Positions 1-9,357 are shown, counted from the stretch's first letter. The stretch: 40,482 nucleotides of DNA from a virus (IMGVR_UViG_3300045988_118718:1-40482), one strand, 5' to 3'. The notes: generated by a model from the sequence alone, not told the origin. A program made the numbers and translations.

Positions 1-55
1 GATGTGCACCGCTCTTGTAATCAACCATCTGCAGACCATCTTTGGCAAGTTCCTT
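1..55. repeat. 55-bp terminal direct repeat, identical to 40428..40482; assembly overlap of a circular or circularly permuted genome
   Basis: Base-by-base comparison of the first 55 nt with the last 55 nt shows identity. The minus-strand ORF runs in frame across the junction. Confidence 0.95.
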
Positions 56-547
56 GATAGCTTGATCTGTAGCTTGTTGCGGGCTTAATAAGCCACTGGA
101 CACACTCAAATAAGCCTTGTCCAGCAAATCCATATACCGCTTGTTGGCGGTCTGTACAGTCGTTTGACAGAGATTAGTAAGTTCACCTTTTAAAGCATTG
201 GTTCCGGCTTTGACCTGCTCTGTGAGATCCACAGTTCGACCATCCAGCATATCGGCCTCCTGGTAGATCTTCATATCCTCACGGATGCTTTCGTAGGCTG
301 AATCACTCATGATCTGAGCAACTTGTTCCTCAGAGACACCTAAAAGCTGTGCCAGCATCTGATTGATGTAGTCTGTCTGTAACCCTAACTGCTGCAGCTT
401 CATGATCTGATACTGTGCAGTCGATACCATGTTCAGATCGTTTGCTTTTAAACGCTTGGCAATATCAATCAGTATTTCCGTTTCTAACTCGAAGAACTGA
501 TTGGCAAGGCCGTCACCAACTGTCAGAAGGTAACGGGGATCAAGCAT
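1..547 (-). CDS. MuF / SPP1 gp7-like head morphogenesis protein, N-terminal part; the gene wraps around and continues at 40427..39412, 520 aa in total
   Basis: ATG at 547..545 overlaps the portal stop (ATGCTTGA). The frame is open down to base 1 and in phase with ORF 39412..40455 through the 55-bp overlap (…AKDGLQMVDYKSGAH…). Confidence 0.85.
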   Translation of the reverse strand, partial: MLDPRYLLTVGDGLANQFFELETEILIDIAKRLKANDLNMVSTAQYQIMKLQQLGLQTDYINQMLAQLLGVSEEQVAQIMSDSAYESIREDMKIYQEADMLDGRTVDLTEQVKAGTNALKGELTNLCQTTVQTANKRYMDLLDKAYLSVSSGLLSPQQATDQAIKELAKDGLQMVDYKSGAH

Positions 548-2033
548 CTAAGTCATCCTTATTGACCTGTTGATCAAGAGGGAACTGCAAGCCTTGAGGT
601 TCCATACCTTCAAGCTCACCCGTCATTTCTCTGGCCTCTTCTTCCTCTTCGCCTAGATACTTCACACGATATTCCCACTTCTGACGGACACCTGCAGATA
701 TTTCCTGCAAGAACCGCATACGCTCGGTTTCTTCATCTGAAAACATTGTGTCATCAAATTGAATTGATATCTTCACATCCGGATTCACAGACAAGCCACA
801 TTTTTCTTTTGCCAGAATCAAAATTGAATGTACCAATTCTGTCAAGGCATCCTGAATCGTGATGCGCTGTTTCCAAACAGATTCTGTAAGGTCTTTGTTA
901 GATGTTCGAACCTCTGTGGCTGTAGCCATTGCCTGTGCATCGAACTGATATCGATGTTGGCCAAAGCCTACTTTAGAAGAGAGAATATTCAAGTTCAGCT
1001 GAATATTCTCTTTGTTTTCATCTACACGTAACTGCGGATTGTACTCCTGCATGAACTGTTCATCACTTGGTGTCTTAGTTCCTGTAATTACATATAAAGT
1101 CTTCTCAATCGTTGTCGGTATATCCGGTTTGATTCGTTTGTCCTCTGGATCAGAGGATGCCTGTTTCATGGCAAACATGGCCTGATTCATGAAAACTCTT
1201 TTCTTACCTAACAGGATATCGTTATAGAGGTTGTCGTAGGCCAAGTCGCAGCCTTTTAATTGATCAATGGCATTGGCATAAATACTGATTCCCATTGGTA
1301 CATCTTCCAGGTTGTTTTCGATGTTTGGTGAGATAACAACAAACGGCTTGCATGGTAATAAATAGTTATCCACAATACTGTTCAGATTATCAACACGCTT
1401 ATACGATTCATCATTAACCTCATAAAAATAGTTTTCCACAAGATATCCTTTTGGATGAATCAAAAACAACTGCAGGTATAAATAACGTTTGCCCTTATGT
1501 GCCTGTTCACTTGCCAATGCCACTTCGGTAATCTCTCCATTCTCCCATGACAACGGTACGATCATACGTGCATCTCGAATATAGCGAATCTTAACATCAT
1601 CCGCTCTCAGCTCACCATTCAACACATTTGGTCTGACAAGATCCAAATAGAAACAGGCGGTACCGGATGCAAACTCACGTTCGATCAGCCGGTTTCCCAT
1701 CTTCCAGAATTTGGAACGTCCTAAAACGCCGCCCTGCTGTTCTTCTTCGTCTCCCGTCAAATAAGATTGGGTATTCTCATCATCTACGTTGATCAACGTC
1801 TTATCGTTTAGAAGTAAGTTTGCCCAGTCTTCACAGACTTTCTTGGCCATCTTCAATTTCTTACGATACAGGGTGATAAAGTTGCCCTGATCATCGGTGG
1901 CCTGGTATTTGTGGAACTTGGAAAAATATCCCTTCCACCAGTCTGTCCATTCATCAATGTAGGTGTAGTAGGATTCAAGATCCGTGTCTACCGTGTATCC
2001 CAAATCCCGCAAAATATTAAAGATTACCATCAC
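540..2033 (-). CDS. portal protein (SPP1 gp6-like)
   Basis: 497-aa ORF directly downstream of terL. The N-terminal motif …WTDWWKGYFSKFHKY…LKMAKKVCEDWANLLLN… is typical of gp6-type portals. The start is GTG 2033 or ATG 2030, overlapping the terL stop. Confidence 0.9.
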   Translation of the reverse strand: MMVIFNILRDLGYTVDTDLESYYTYIDEWTDWWKGYFSKFHKYQATDDQGNFITLYRKKLKMAKKVCEDWANLLLNDKTLINVDDENTQSYLTGDEEEQQGGVLGRSKFWKMGNRLIEREFASGTACFYLDLVRPNVLNGELRADDVKIRYIRDARMIVPLSWENGEITEVALASEQAHKGKRYLYLQLFLIHPKGYLVENYFYEVNDESYKRVDNLNSIVDNYLLPCKPFVVISPNIENNLEDVPMGISIYANAIDQLKGCDLAYDNLYNDILLGKKRVFMNQAMFAMKQASSDPEDKRIKPDIPTTIEKTLYVITGTKTPSDEQFMQEYNPQLRVDENKENIQLNLNILSSKVGFGQHRYQFDAQAMATATEVRTSNKDLTESVWKQRITIQDALTELVHSILILAKEKCGLSVNPDVKISIQFDDTMFSDEETERMRFLQEISAGVRQKWEYRVKYLGEEEEEAREMTGELEGMEPQGLQFPLDQQVNKDDLDA

Positions 2034-3253
2034 ATCACCCCCGTAATGTAGTCCATGAATATGGACCAGGAATAAAAATGGGCATCGAATGTATCGATGT
2101 CCGTTGTAAAGTCGTCGAGGATCGCATCCTCATCTTTTTTCGTATCGTATAAAGCGGTACTCAATGCTTCAACAACCATCGGCACTGCCTTGAACTTCAT
2201 TCTGTGCTGATTTAGCAAAAGATTGTAAATCAAGATTCTTGTTTTACCCTCAATCTTTTTACAGTCAATGACCTCCGTGGATAGTCCGGCTTCCCATACC
2301 GCTGTCCGAATGGAGTTTAGCAATACCTGTTCGGCGTTGTCCACGCACACATAGCTTGGATAATACCCCACAGCATTTAAAGCTTTGATAAAGCTCACGG
2401 TTTCCTGGCAAAGCCTATCCGCATCAATCGTACCTTTTGCGTGTACGATCTTGCGCTCCATAAAGGTCGTAAGGTTGTTCCAGTTATTGCTGATGCCGGT
2501 CGCTACCAAAGTACTGTGCGACTTCGTCCCTCCAATATCCAGACCAATATTGACGATCTGGAAGGTTGGAAGCTCCTTCACTTCCCACAACTTAGGATTG
2601 TCGGCAAACTGAGGAAAGAGAAGACCTTCAGCATTGCACCACTCTCCCAAAACGTATCGATTGTAGTACACCGTGCCTCGATACTCATTCTTCAGATTCG
2701 TGACAAAGCTTTCCGGAAGAAATTTGTTATCGTCAAGTGTATATTTCTGACAAAAGATATCCGCATCTGAATCAATGAACCGTTTGAACCAGTGCTTTGG
2801 ATTTTCCGGGTTGCACGTTCCATCGAAACAGGAATACTCTTTATCCAGACGTGACTTCAACATTTCGAAGACTTCCTGGTTCCAGGTCACTACCTCATCA
2901 CCATAGCAGTACGCAATCGACATTCCTCGGATCTTGTTGACCTGTGTTACTTTATCGGCACCCAATGCATAACACCATCGACCGAAAAGTCTGACCTTGT
3001 TATCGTTCTTGATAATCGATACAAGCTTGTCACCGTACATTTCCCGCATCGGATTCAGCACGTTTCGCTCTAAGGTAGCCTGTGTGTTACCCAATAATAA
3101 AACGTCGCCAGGACGTCCCTGGAGTGCTCTGATGCGTTTGGGAATCATGTAGTAATCAAGCCATGTCTTCCCCGATCGTGTAGCTCCGGTCTTAATATTC
3201 CAGCGATGATTGGCATCGGTCCAGAACTCTTTCTGCAGTGGTGTCAGTTTCAC
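2030..3253 (-). CDS. terL: terminase large subunit (PBSX / Terminase_3-like)
   Basis: 407-aa ORF with Walker A-like GATRSGKT near the N-terminus. GTG start preceded by AAGGAGG. Lies between terS and the portal. Confidence 0.9.
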   Translation of the reverse strand: MKLTPLQKEFWTDANHRWNIKTGATRSGKTWLDYYMIPKRIRALQGRPGDVLLLGNTQATLERNVLNPMREMYGDKLVSIIKNDNKVRLFGRWCYALGADKVTQVNKIRGMSIAYCYGDEVVTWNQEVFEMLKSRLDKEYSCFDGTCNPENPKHWFKRFIDSDADIFCQKYTLDDNKFLPESFVTNLKNEYRGTVYYNRYVLGEWCNAEGLLFPQFADNPKLWEVKELPTFQIVNIGLDIGGTKSHSTLVATGISNNWNNLTTFMERKIVHAKGTIDADRLCQETVSFIKALNAVGYYPSYVCVDNAEQVLLNSIRTAVWEAGLSTEVIDCKKIEGKTRILIYNLLLNQHRMKFKAVPMVVEALSTALYDTKKDEDAILDDFTTDIDTFDAHFYSWSIFMDYITGVM

Positions 3254-3990
3254 GATTTGGCCTCCTTGTCAATGCCGGCAAGCAGCTGATCTAATTTGGT
3301 AAGCTCCTGGCTTTCACCACCGTCAGACTCTAGTTTCTTTTTCTGTGCCTGAAGCAGTCCAAGCCTTGCCTTTTGCTCTTCCGTGGCCAGTTCCCAATTC
3401 TTGTGAAGTAGTTCATCATACTGCTTGATCATGCTTTCCAATGTCTTCATAGCTCTTGATTGTGCCGTCATAAAGCTGGCCTGTTTGTCCCAAGCCTGTT
3501 GCACGTCATAGGCTATAGCCTCTCCTTCGAGGGTAACCTCTCTAGTCCTATCGTCTTTGTCGATGACATACATAATGTTCTGCGCTCTGACGATTGCTGC
3601 CAATTGTAGCTGGATGTTGTACCACAAAATATCCAAAGGACTTTCCGGCATCTCACCAATAATCTGATTGACCTCTTCCGGTAGCCACTTGGCAAAGAGT
3701 CCGTGCTTTTTAGCGTTTTGGTTTCCAGGAGGCCCTGTTCCGTTTTTATTTCCCGGCTGTGCACCTTTCTTTTTGTGTGCACACTTTTTGCCTTTGTTTG
3801 TGTGCACACCTTTTTTGTTCCAATGACGTGTTTTCCAAGACTTGACTGTGTTAAGAGTGACATCGTACTTTTCCGCAATCTCTTTATACTTCAAGCCGCT
3901 TTTATAGTCTTCATATGCCTGCTCCCACAATTCACTCAAGTCAATCCACCACCTCGTCATTCGTCGTTTTGCCAAAAGAAAAAGCACCAA
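3250..3990 (-). CDS. terS: terminase small subunit (HTH plus GNKNA..KHG motif type)
   Basis: The ORF has an N-terminal HTH-like segment (YKEIAEKYDVTLNTVKSWKTRH) and a PGNKNGTGPPGNQNAKKHGLF motif, and is adjacent to terL. The exact start is uncertain: TTG 3990, GTG 3987 or ATG 3960. Confidence 0.8.
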   Translation of the reverse strand: MVLFLLAKRRMTRWWIDLSELWEQAYEDYKSGLKYKEIAEKYDVTLNTVKSWKTRHWNKKGVHTNKGKKCAHKKKGAQPGNKNGTGPPGNQNAKKHGLFAKWLPEEVNQIIGEMPESPLDILWYNIQLQLAAIVRAQNIMYVIDKDDRTREVTLEGEAIAYDVQQAWDKQASFMTAQSRAMKTLESMIKQYDELLHKNWELATEEQKARLGLLQAQKKKLESDGGESQELTKLDQLLAGIDKEAKS

Positions 3991-4019
3991 GGTCTTCCTT
4001 GATGCTTTTCGATATTACT

Positions 4020-4028
4020 ATTATACCA
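4020..4028 (-). promoter_or_regulatory. candidate extended -10 promoter element (TGGTATAAT) upstream of terS
   Basis: The minus strand reads GTGGTATAAT in the 57-nt gap between the 142-aa ORF and terS. The -35 is weak. Confidence 0.3.
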
Positions 4029-4047
4029 CCTTGACACATCTAGTTTC

Positions 4048-4476
4048 CTAGAACTTTTCACTTTTTTTAATCAAAGAAAGTACTTTTTCATATGGATTCT
4101 CATATCCATACTTATTCGATAGGCTTTTGTAGTATGCTCCATCAAAAAATTCACTCACAAACTCCAATTCTTTTGAATCACAGATAAGTCGTACAGCTTT
4201 TAAGTATGCCTCTGCCTTTTCGATGCGGTTCTGATATTCATTCTTTTCCTGAATCAACTGCATCTCCTGTGATATCAGATCATTCACGATATATGACTTG
4301 TCCAGATGATTTTCTATTTTGACACCATTCCCTCCATTTGGGCATGACGGTTCCTGTATACGGTAGATTTCTTCTGTGATGTGCAGCAGCATTTCATCGA
4401 TGTTTCTGACGATCGATTTCAACCTCTGCAAGTTCTTTATGTTGTAAAGTATATCCTTTGCTTTTGCATCTATCAT
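4048..4476 (-). CDS. hypothetical protein; possible late-gene transcription regulator, judged by position only
   Basis: 142-aa ORF with an AAGAGGG SD 8 nt upstream, sitting immediately upstream of terS. I recognised no motif with confidence. Confidence 0.6.
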   Translation of the reverse strand: MIDAKAKDILYNIKNLQRLKSIVRNIDEMLLHITEEIYRIQEPSCPNGGNGVKIENHLDKSYIVNDLISQEMQLIQEKNEYQNRIEKAEAYLKAVRLICDSKELEFVSEFFDGAYYKSLSNKYGYENPYEKVLSLIKKSEKF

Positions 4477-4648
4477 TGCCTATCCCTCTTTTCCTTTCGA
4501 TCAATTCAAATAAATCTGACTTGGTGATTCCATGTTGAACACAAATCGTTCCAAGCTCTTTTTCATGTTCCAACTGTGCCAGCGCCGTATATTCCTTTTG
4601 GATCTGCCTTGCTATTTTATCCTGTCGCTTTTGTCTGTAATTCATCAT
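4394..4648 (-). CDS. hypothetical small protein, possibly DNA-binding
   Basis: 84-aa ORF starting ATGATGAAT. It overlaps the next ORF by 83 nt in another frame, so its 3' end is uncertain. Confidence 0.5.
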   Translation of the reverse strand: MMNYRQKRQDKIARQIQKEYTALAQLEHEKELGTICVQHGITKSDLFELIERKRGIGNDRCKSKGYTLQHKELAEVEIDRQKHR

Positions 4649-4660
4649 TCACACTTTCTA

Positions 4661-4793
4661 CTCGTACCCATGAAGGGCCGGACTATCGAATTATTATTTT
4701 TGTACAAACTGTAAGATCGAATGGGTTAAGTTATTTCTAGGAGAAAATCAAAACAAATGCCTGCATGATAATCCGGTCCTTACTGAGTACGAG
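4661..4793. repeat. long-range imperfect inverted repeat: 22-nt arms at 4661..4682 and 4772..4793 enclosing an 89-nt AT-rich spacer
   Basis: ctcgtacccatgaagggccgga versus the reverse complement of tccggtccttactgagtacgag. As RNA, 18 of 22 positions are Watson-Crick pairs, one is a G-U wobble and three are mismatches. The element is intergenic. Confidence 0.7.
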
Positions 4794-4803
4794 AATTCAT
4801 CTT

Positions 4804-4917
4804 TTACATAGCCAATGGCCTTCCAATTCCAATCGAACAAAGAACTATGATCTCAAATAGCCATACTCCAAGAAGGATCAGAACGGCAATGATCCACTCA
4901 TCATCACGGCCGTTCAT
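4804..4917 (-). CDS. small hydrophobic protein (37 aa), below the ORF-track cutoff
   Basis: AGAGAGG SD followed by ATG. Translation MNGRDDEWIIAVLILLGVWLFEIIVLCSIGIGRPLAM contains one predicted TM helix. Confidence 0.4.
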   Translation of the reverse strand: MNGRDDEWIIAVLILLGVWLFEIIVLCSIGIGRPLAM

Positions 4918-5049
4918 TTCTGACCTCTCTTTCTGATCCAATTACGATCTTCGTTCTTGTAACGGAACCTCTTGGCTCTATTCGTATGATGTAGGCATTG
5001 AACAGCCCCTCGTACATCAGCTTTTGTCCTCGGACGATTCGTCCGTCTT

Positions 5050-5472
5050 CTACTGCTTTACCTTCCCACATTCCAGTTCCTCCAGTCTGATATAAATTCC
5101 AGGCTTTGCCGCCCAGAACTTTTCCACGATCTCACTGCACACAAGCGCATCGTCTTTCCAGTATCCCAGTGCCGTCATGCCATCTTTCAAAGCCTTTTGC
5201 AGATTGTCCGTATCTGGCCTAGTAGCTTTCCATTCACCATCGCTATGATTTCCCTTCAAAGGAAAGAGCCACTTCACCACCAATCGGCATGGCCCTATGA
5301 TCGTCTGCCAATCTTCCGGCATGGCTCTATACAAAGCTCCCGTGATCTTCGCTTTTGCCCTGTTCAGTTCCGGTGGATCGTAGAACACGGGCTTGCCTTT
5401 GATCATCGTTACCTTATGCTCCTGTGCCGTTACGGTTGGAGGGATCATCGGCATAAAAAATTCAGTTTTCAT
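5050..5472 (-). CDS. rusA: RusA-family Holliday junction resolvase
   Basis: 140 aa. The …RPDTDNLQKALKDGMT…WKDDALV… motif matches the RusA catalytic Asp pattern. Confidence 0.85.
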   Translation of the reverse strand: MKTEFFMPMIPPTVTAQEHKVTMIKGKPVFYDPPELNRAKAKITGALYRAMPEDWQTIIGPCRLVVKWLFPLKGNHSDGEWKATRPDTDNLQKALKDGMTALGYWKDDALVCSEIVEKFWAAKPGIYIRLEELECGKVKQ

Positions 5473-5617
5473 TTTGCTCCGCGATAATATCCAAATTAAT
5501 CAGCAACGATTTAAACAAGCATCCTATAGATTCCTTATCGAAAAATTCACATGCATCATATTGACACTCTATGCCATGTTCTCCATCCGATAACAAAGGA
5601 CAAATCTTTTCTTTCAT
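5462..5617 (-). CDS. small Cys-rich hypothetical protein (51 aa from the internal ATG)
   Basis: The track ORF 5462..5713 runs into the iteron region. ATG 5617 has GGAGG 10 nt upstream and gives MKEKICPLLSDGEHGIECQYDACEFF…. Confidence 0.5.
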   Translation of the reverse strand: MKEKICPLLSDGEHGIECQYDACEFFDKESIGCLFKSLLINLDIIAEQNEN

Positions 5618-5685
5618 TTTTCTTTTTCCTCCTCTTCGCTCACGCGCGATAGTCGTGGAGAGTGGGTAACAAAACCCGCGCACGT

Positions 5686-5828
5686 TGGCGGTTTTGGTAC
5701 CCCTACACGACACCCACCACCACGAACTCTATATATAATAGGATTTGGTGGTGGCGCCAAATCCGCCAAAACCTGGATTTGGTGGCGAACTCATGAAACA
5801 CCAAAACCTGGATTTGGTGGTGGTGGCG
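5686..5828. repeat. iteron cluster with an AT-rich core; putative replication origin
   Basis: Direct repeats GGATTTGGTGG(TGG)CG at 5741, 5776 and 5811. Two of them extend to CCAAAACCTGGATTTGGTGG (5766..5787, 5801..5828). Inverted partial copies: ggttttgg 5690..5697, cacccaccaccacg 5711..5724, ccaaatcc 5757..5764. The AT-rich stretch ctctatatataata lies at 5727..5740. Confidence 0.6.
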
Positions 5829-5834
5829 GACTCT

Positions 5835-8033
5835 CTAATCGCGTATAATAAATCCATTTTCTATCTTGTAACCGGCATTTTTTATCCAGTTTCTGACTGT
5901 ACTTTCTGGCTTATCAAGGTGTTTTACAAGGTCCTTAAACATGGTTGGATCACCATAGTTTTCAAGATCGATGAAGTTATCGATTTCTACTTTATGATTG
6001 TTTCTCTTCTTCTTGGCCACCTCTTTAGCTTTGTTGATTGCTTTCTTTTGCGGTGTCATATAATCCGGTTGGACATCCTTCAGAACGCCTGTGCGGTCCC
6101 AATGATGAACCGGATAGTCAAACCATAGATTGACTGGATCAAAGCGTTTGAACTCACGCAGCGTGCCTTCTATGCGCCATGCTGTTCGTCCCTTGGCCGT
6201 TTCTCTGACGGTCTTCAATTCCTCTGTGATTTGTTTGTATTGCGGTTTCAAGAGGTCCCTGCACCATTCCAGCATTCGTGTCTGGCTGAACTGATCATCA
6301 ATCGGTATTTGCTCCTGCAGATTGTATTTGCGCAGCCACTGCATACAGAATTTACATACCGCTTTGTTTTCTTCCTGGTCTCGAACTGTGTCCGAAACTT
6401 CCAACTCAATAAGGTCTAACAGCGCATCGGGATCTCGTGCAAACACTCCTGAGCCACTGGCTCTATCCATCGAGCGTTTACCGCCCTGCGCGCCCTTTGA
6501 ATGATGGTGACAGTAGATCACCGCACACCCCAATTCGGTGCACACCTTGTCAAACTGGTTACAAAAATTTGCCATCTGATCAGCACTATTTTCATCACCG
6601 GTAATGACCTTGTAGATTGGGTCGATGATGATAGCGATATAATTCTTTTTAGCGGCACGTCTTATCAGTTTCGGTGCCAGCTGATCCATAGGTACCGACT
6701 TCCCACGTAAGTTCCAGATATCAATGTTGTCAATGTGCTTCGGCTCCAAGTGCATGGCTTTATACACGTCCTCAAATCGATGCAGACATGACGCTCTATC
6801 AAGCTCCAGGTTCACATACATTACACGTCCCTGCTTACAGTCCCATTCCAGCCATTTAGCGCCTTCAGCCATTGCAATGACTAACTCAATGAGTGCAAAG
6901 GATTTACCAGCCTTTGACGGACCAGAAATCAGCATTTTGTGGCCGCAGCGCAACACTCCTTTGATTAGTTCCGGTGACAAACTTGGCATATCGTTCCAGA
7001 CTTCGGCCAGGTTTTCCGGATCTGGCAGATCGTCATTGACCGATTCAATCCATTCTTCCCATTCATTCCAGGATGACTTTCCGATATTCGTATCAATTAA
7101 AAACTGTTTGTTTTTTCCTCGCTTGATACCCGGCATACGTGACAGTCTGCTTGGATTCTTGTTCTGCTCGTCGATGATTAATCCATTCTTCTTACAAATC
7201 TTGTATAAGTAATCAACGCGCTTTCTATATTCCTTATTATCGGCTGCATCCACTTTGACGATGGCATGGATGGATTTCCCACCGCTGTAAACCAAACAGG
7301 CTACCGGCAACTCTAGTTCCCGAATCAGTGCATTCTGCTTGGCCAGATCCATATCGTCACACTCGACCAATGCATACCGAAATTCGGTAACATTAGAGTT
7401 CTTACATCCCTGACCGTCCAGTGGATTAAAACGGATCCATGCACCGGCTTCCGGGTCATAGTCTCCCATCACAGCACCAATATCGCCTTTGCATTGCCTT
7501 AAATCGGCAATAAGTTGTCCGGCCGTCTTTTTATAAGATCCCTGTGTGGGCACATGCTTACCATCTTCGTTGACCCAACTTTTAGTGACATAGCCTACGA
7601 TATCCTCATCGTTGAATAATGTTTCAAGATATTTAATAAGATCGCTCACAGGCTTCCATCTGCGCCCGTCAGGCTGTTCAATGGGCAATACTTCCACATG
7701 CTCCGAATCAACCACTACATAGTCATCCGATATCTCATCATCCCAACCTAATGCGACTGCTTCTTCCCGTACCGGTGGTTGGTATCCTCGTTCATAGGCC
7801 ATTTGATAGATGGTGCCACCTGTGACGATACTGCCGCCGTCTTCTCGAAACGTCTCCCATTTCGAGCCACATTCACCGGGATGGTAGCGAGCGGAGTCTC
7901 TACGGCTCCACTCTTCCCAATCCCAAGCGCTGTATCCTTCATGCTTTAACGCCATACCTACATTGACCCATTCTTGGTAATTTAATGTTTCCGGATCAAT
8001 GTAGTACAGCAGCTGCTTAATGTTACTTTCCAT
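5835..8033 (-). CDS. DNA primase / replicative helicase fusion (PriCT-like N-terminus, primase-polymerase-like core, RepA/AAA_25-like ATPase)
   Basis: 732-aa ORF. The N-terminal YQEWVNVGMALKHEGYSAWDWEEWSRRDSARY…KWETF resembles a PriCT_2 motif. Walker A is GPSKAGKSF and Walker B is IIIDPIYK. Confidence 0.8.
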   Translation of the reverse strand: MESNIKQLLYYIDPETLNYQEWVNVGMALKHEGYSAWDWEEWSRRDSARYHPGECGSKWETFREDGGSIVTGGTIYQMAYERGYQPPVREEAVALGWDDEISDDYVVVDSEHVEVLPIEQPDGRRWKPVSDLIKYLETLFNDEDIVGYVTKSWVNEDGKHVPTQGSYKKTAGQLIADLRQCKGDIGAVMGDYDPEAGAWIRFNPLDGQGCKNSNVTEFRYALVECDDMDLAKQNALIRELELPVACLVYSGGKSIHAIVKVDAADNKEYRKRVDYLYKICKKNGLIIDEQNKNPSRLSRMPGIKRGKNKQFLIDTNIGKSSWNEWEEWIESVNDDLPDPENLAEVWNDMPSLSPELIKGVLRCGHKMLISGPSKAGKSFALIELVIAMAEGAKWLEWDCKQGRVMYVNLELDRASCLHRFEDVYKAMHLEPKHIDNIDIWNLRGKSVPMDQLAPKLIRRAAKKNYIAIIIDPIYKVITGDENSADQMANFCNQFDKVCTELGCAVIYCHHHSKGAQGGKRSMDRASGSGVFARDPDALLDLIELEVSDTVRDQEENKAVCKFCMQWLRKYNLQEQIPIDDQFSQTRMLEWCRDLLKPQYKQITEELKTVRETAKGRTAWRIEGTLREFKRFDPVNLWFDYPVHHWDRTGVLKDVQPDYMTPQKKAINKAKEVAKKKRNNHKVEIDNFIDLENYGDPTMFKDLVKHLDKPESTVRNWIKNAGYKIENGFIIRD

Positions 8034-9357
8034 TCTTTACCTCAAATAGTGGATGCTTGCCAAACATGATTTCTTTCTCTTCTTCCGATGCAGCATATCC
8101 AAAGGATTCTAACCACTGATAGTATGATTCAAGCGGCTCTTTTTGATCAGAACGATATTCATTACAACGACTTCCACGCCAAATTGGCTCAAGTATATTG
8201 CTTGAATCATTCAATTCAAATTTTGAATAAATGAGGGCAAATAAAAGACGTATCATTTCTTTTGCAGTTTCTGGTTTCTTTATTCCGTCTTCGGCGGAGT
8301 TTCCGGTAATTACTTCAAAGTTTTTTTCGAAATTAACCATATAAGACGTGTCGATTAATTCCTCCTTAATCGACATATAAAAAGATGACAAATCATATAA
8401 AGTTTGGATATCGGTAGGCAGTTCCTTCATTTTTCCCTGTACAAATTCCAACCTGGCCTGATAAGCAGCATTCGCTTTTAAAATGATTTTTTCTTTTGCT
8501 TTTTCCTCTTCTGTCGGTTCTTTTTTGACCGGTATTTCTAACTTTTTATTTTGTTCATTGTCTCTTTTTTTATACAAATAAATGAAAGTGCTATCGGCAC
8601 GAAAACAGTATTCTTCAGCTTTTTCCAAAGGTTCTTCCTTTAAAAACTCTTTGTAGTCATGTTTTCCATAAAAGCATTTGAAGTATCCATATCCTTCAGG
8701 TTGTTTGTCTACTTCTACAATTCCCTGTAACTGAAGTTTTTCAATAACCTTGGCTTTTAGTTTCTCTATTTTTTGATTTTCCAACGCTAGGTTAAGATTG
8801 TAACGAAAGTCTCTTGTACCGATAGACTTAAGAACTTCGTCTTTTACTTTTTCATCTTTGATCTGTTCAAGATCAATGTAATCCTGAAGGGTAGCCCCTC
8901 TCTCTACGCCCTTTTTGAACTTATCATGATCTAGCTTCAGAAGATTCAATCGATGTCGGATAGTCTTTTTAGAAAAGCCTGTCTCTTTCTTCAGGTCGTC
9001 TTCCGTCATGCCTAAGTCGAGGCACATTTGAAATCCATGTGCCTGCTCGTAAGGATCCAGGTCATTACGCTGCATATTCTCCAGGAGCATAACAGCCTGT
9101 TGTTCATCTTCCTTCATCTGGGAGATGACACACGGCAGACTATCCAATCCGGCCATCTTGGCCGCTTCCAATCTTCGGTTTCCAATGACTACATAATAAG
9201 TTCCGTGATCATTGGATACGACTGTCAGATTCTGCAGTATTCCTTTTTCCCGGATACTGTCTGCCAGTTCCGTGAGATCCCCTAAATCCTGTCTTGGATT
9301 CTTTGGGTGATGCTCCAACATATCTATATTTAAATCTATGATATTTGCTGTATTCAT
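8023..9357 (-). CDS. ParB-like nuclease domain protein
   Basis: The N-terminus has HPKNPRQDLGDLTELADSIREKGILQNLTVV…GNRRLEAAKMAGL, the ParB/Srx motif set. The 300-aa C-terminal region is not recognised. Confidence 0.8.
   Translation of the reverse strand: MNTANIIDLNIDMLEHHPKNPRQDLGDLTELADSIREKGILQNLTVVSNDHGTYYVVIGNRRLEAAKMAGLDSLPCVISQMKEDEQQAVMLLENMQRNDLDPYEQAHGFQMCLDLGMTEDDLKKETGFSKKTIRHRLNLLKLDHDKFKKGVERGATLQDYIDLEQIKDEKVKDEVLKSIGTRDFRYNLNLALENQKIEKLKAKVIEKLQLQGIVEVDKQPEGYGYFKCFYGKHDYKEFLKEEPLEKAEEYCFRADSTFIYLYKKRDNEQNKKLEIPVKKEPTEEEKAKEKIILKANAAYQARLEFVQGKMKELPTDIQTLYDLSSFYMSIKEELIDTSYMVNFEKNFEVITGNSAEDGIKKPETAKEMIRLLFALIYSKFELNDSSNILEPIWRGSRCNEYRSDQKEPLESYYQWLESFGYAASEEEKEIMFGKHPLFEVKNGK

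Noticed and set aside
828-1031. Plus-strand ORFs nested antisense inside long minus-strand genes. Examples: 828..1031, 2385..2770, 3703..4002, 5197..5593, 6231..7212, 9398..9950, 11519..12589, 12641..13061, 29243..29650, 30254..33934 and 38193..38402.
   Set aside because: They lie fully within much longer ORFs with recognisable functions on the other strand. They lack SD sequences and have skewed, low-complexity translations. They are typical shadow ORFs.
3513-3878. Same-strand alternative-frame ORFs inside genes: 3513..3878, 7748..7942, 10705..10905, 11830..12113, 13407..13658, 26387..26638, 26952..27185, 28840..29388, 30157..30390, 36136..36330, 36822..37004 and 40056..40328.
   Set aside because: They are embedded in longer ORFs with clear homology-type motifs and have no independent start signals.
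4394-4476. The 83-nt overlap between ORFs 4394..4648 and 4048..4476 as a programmed frameshift producing a fused regulator.
   Set aside because: The downstream frame has stops (TGA, TAG) just upstream of its ATG, and that ATG has its own SD. There is no slippery motif. It is more likely an ordinary overlap or an over-extended upstream ORF.
5745-6128. A plus-strand 127-aa ORF starting in the iteron region.
   Set aside because: It starts inside the repeat cluster, runs antisense into the primase-helicase gene and has a low-complexity hydrophobic translation. It is spurious.
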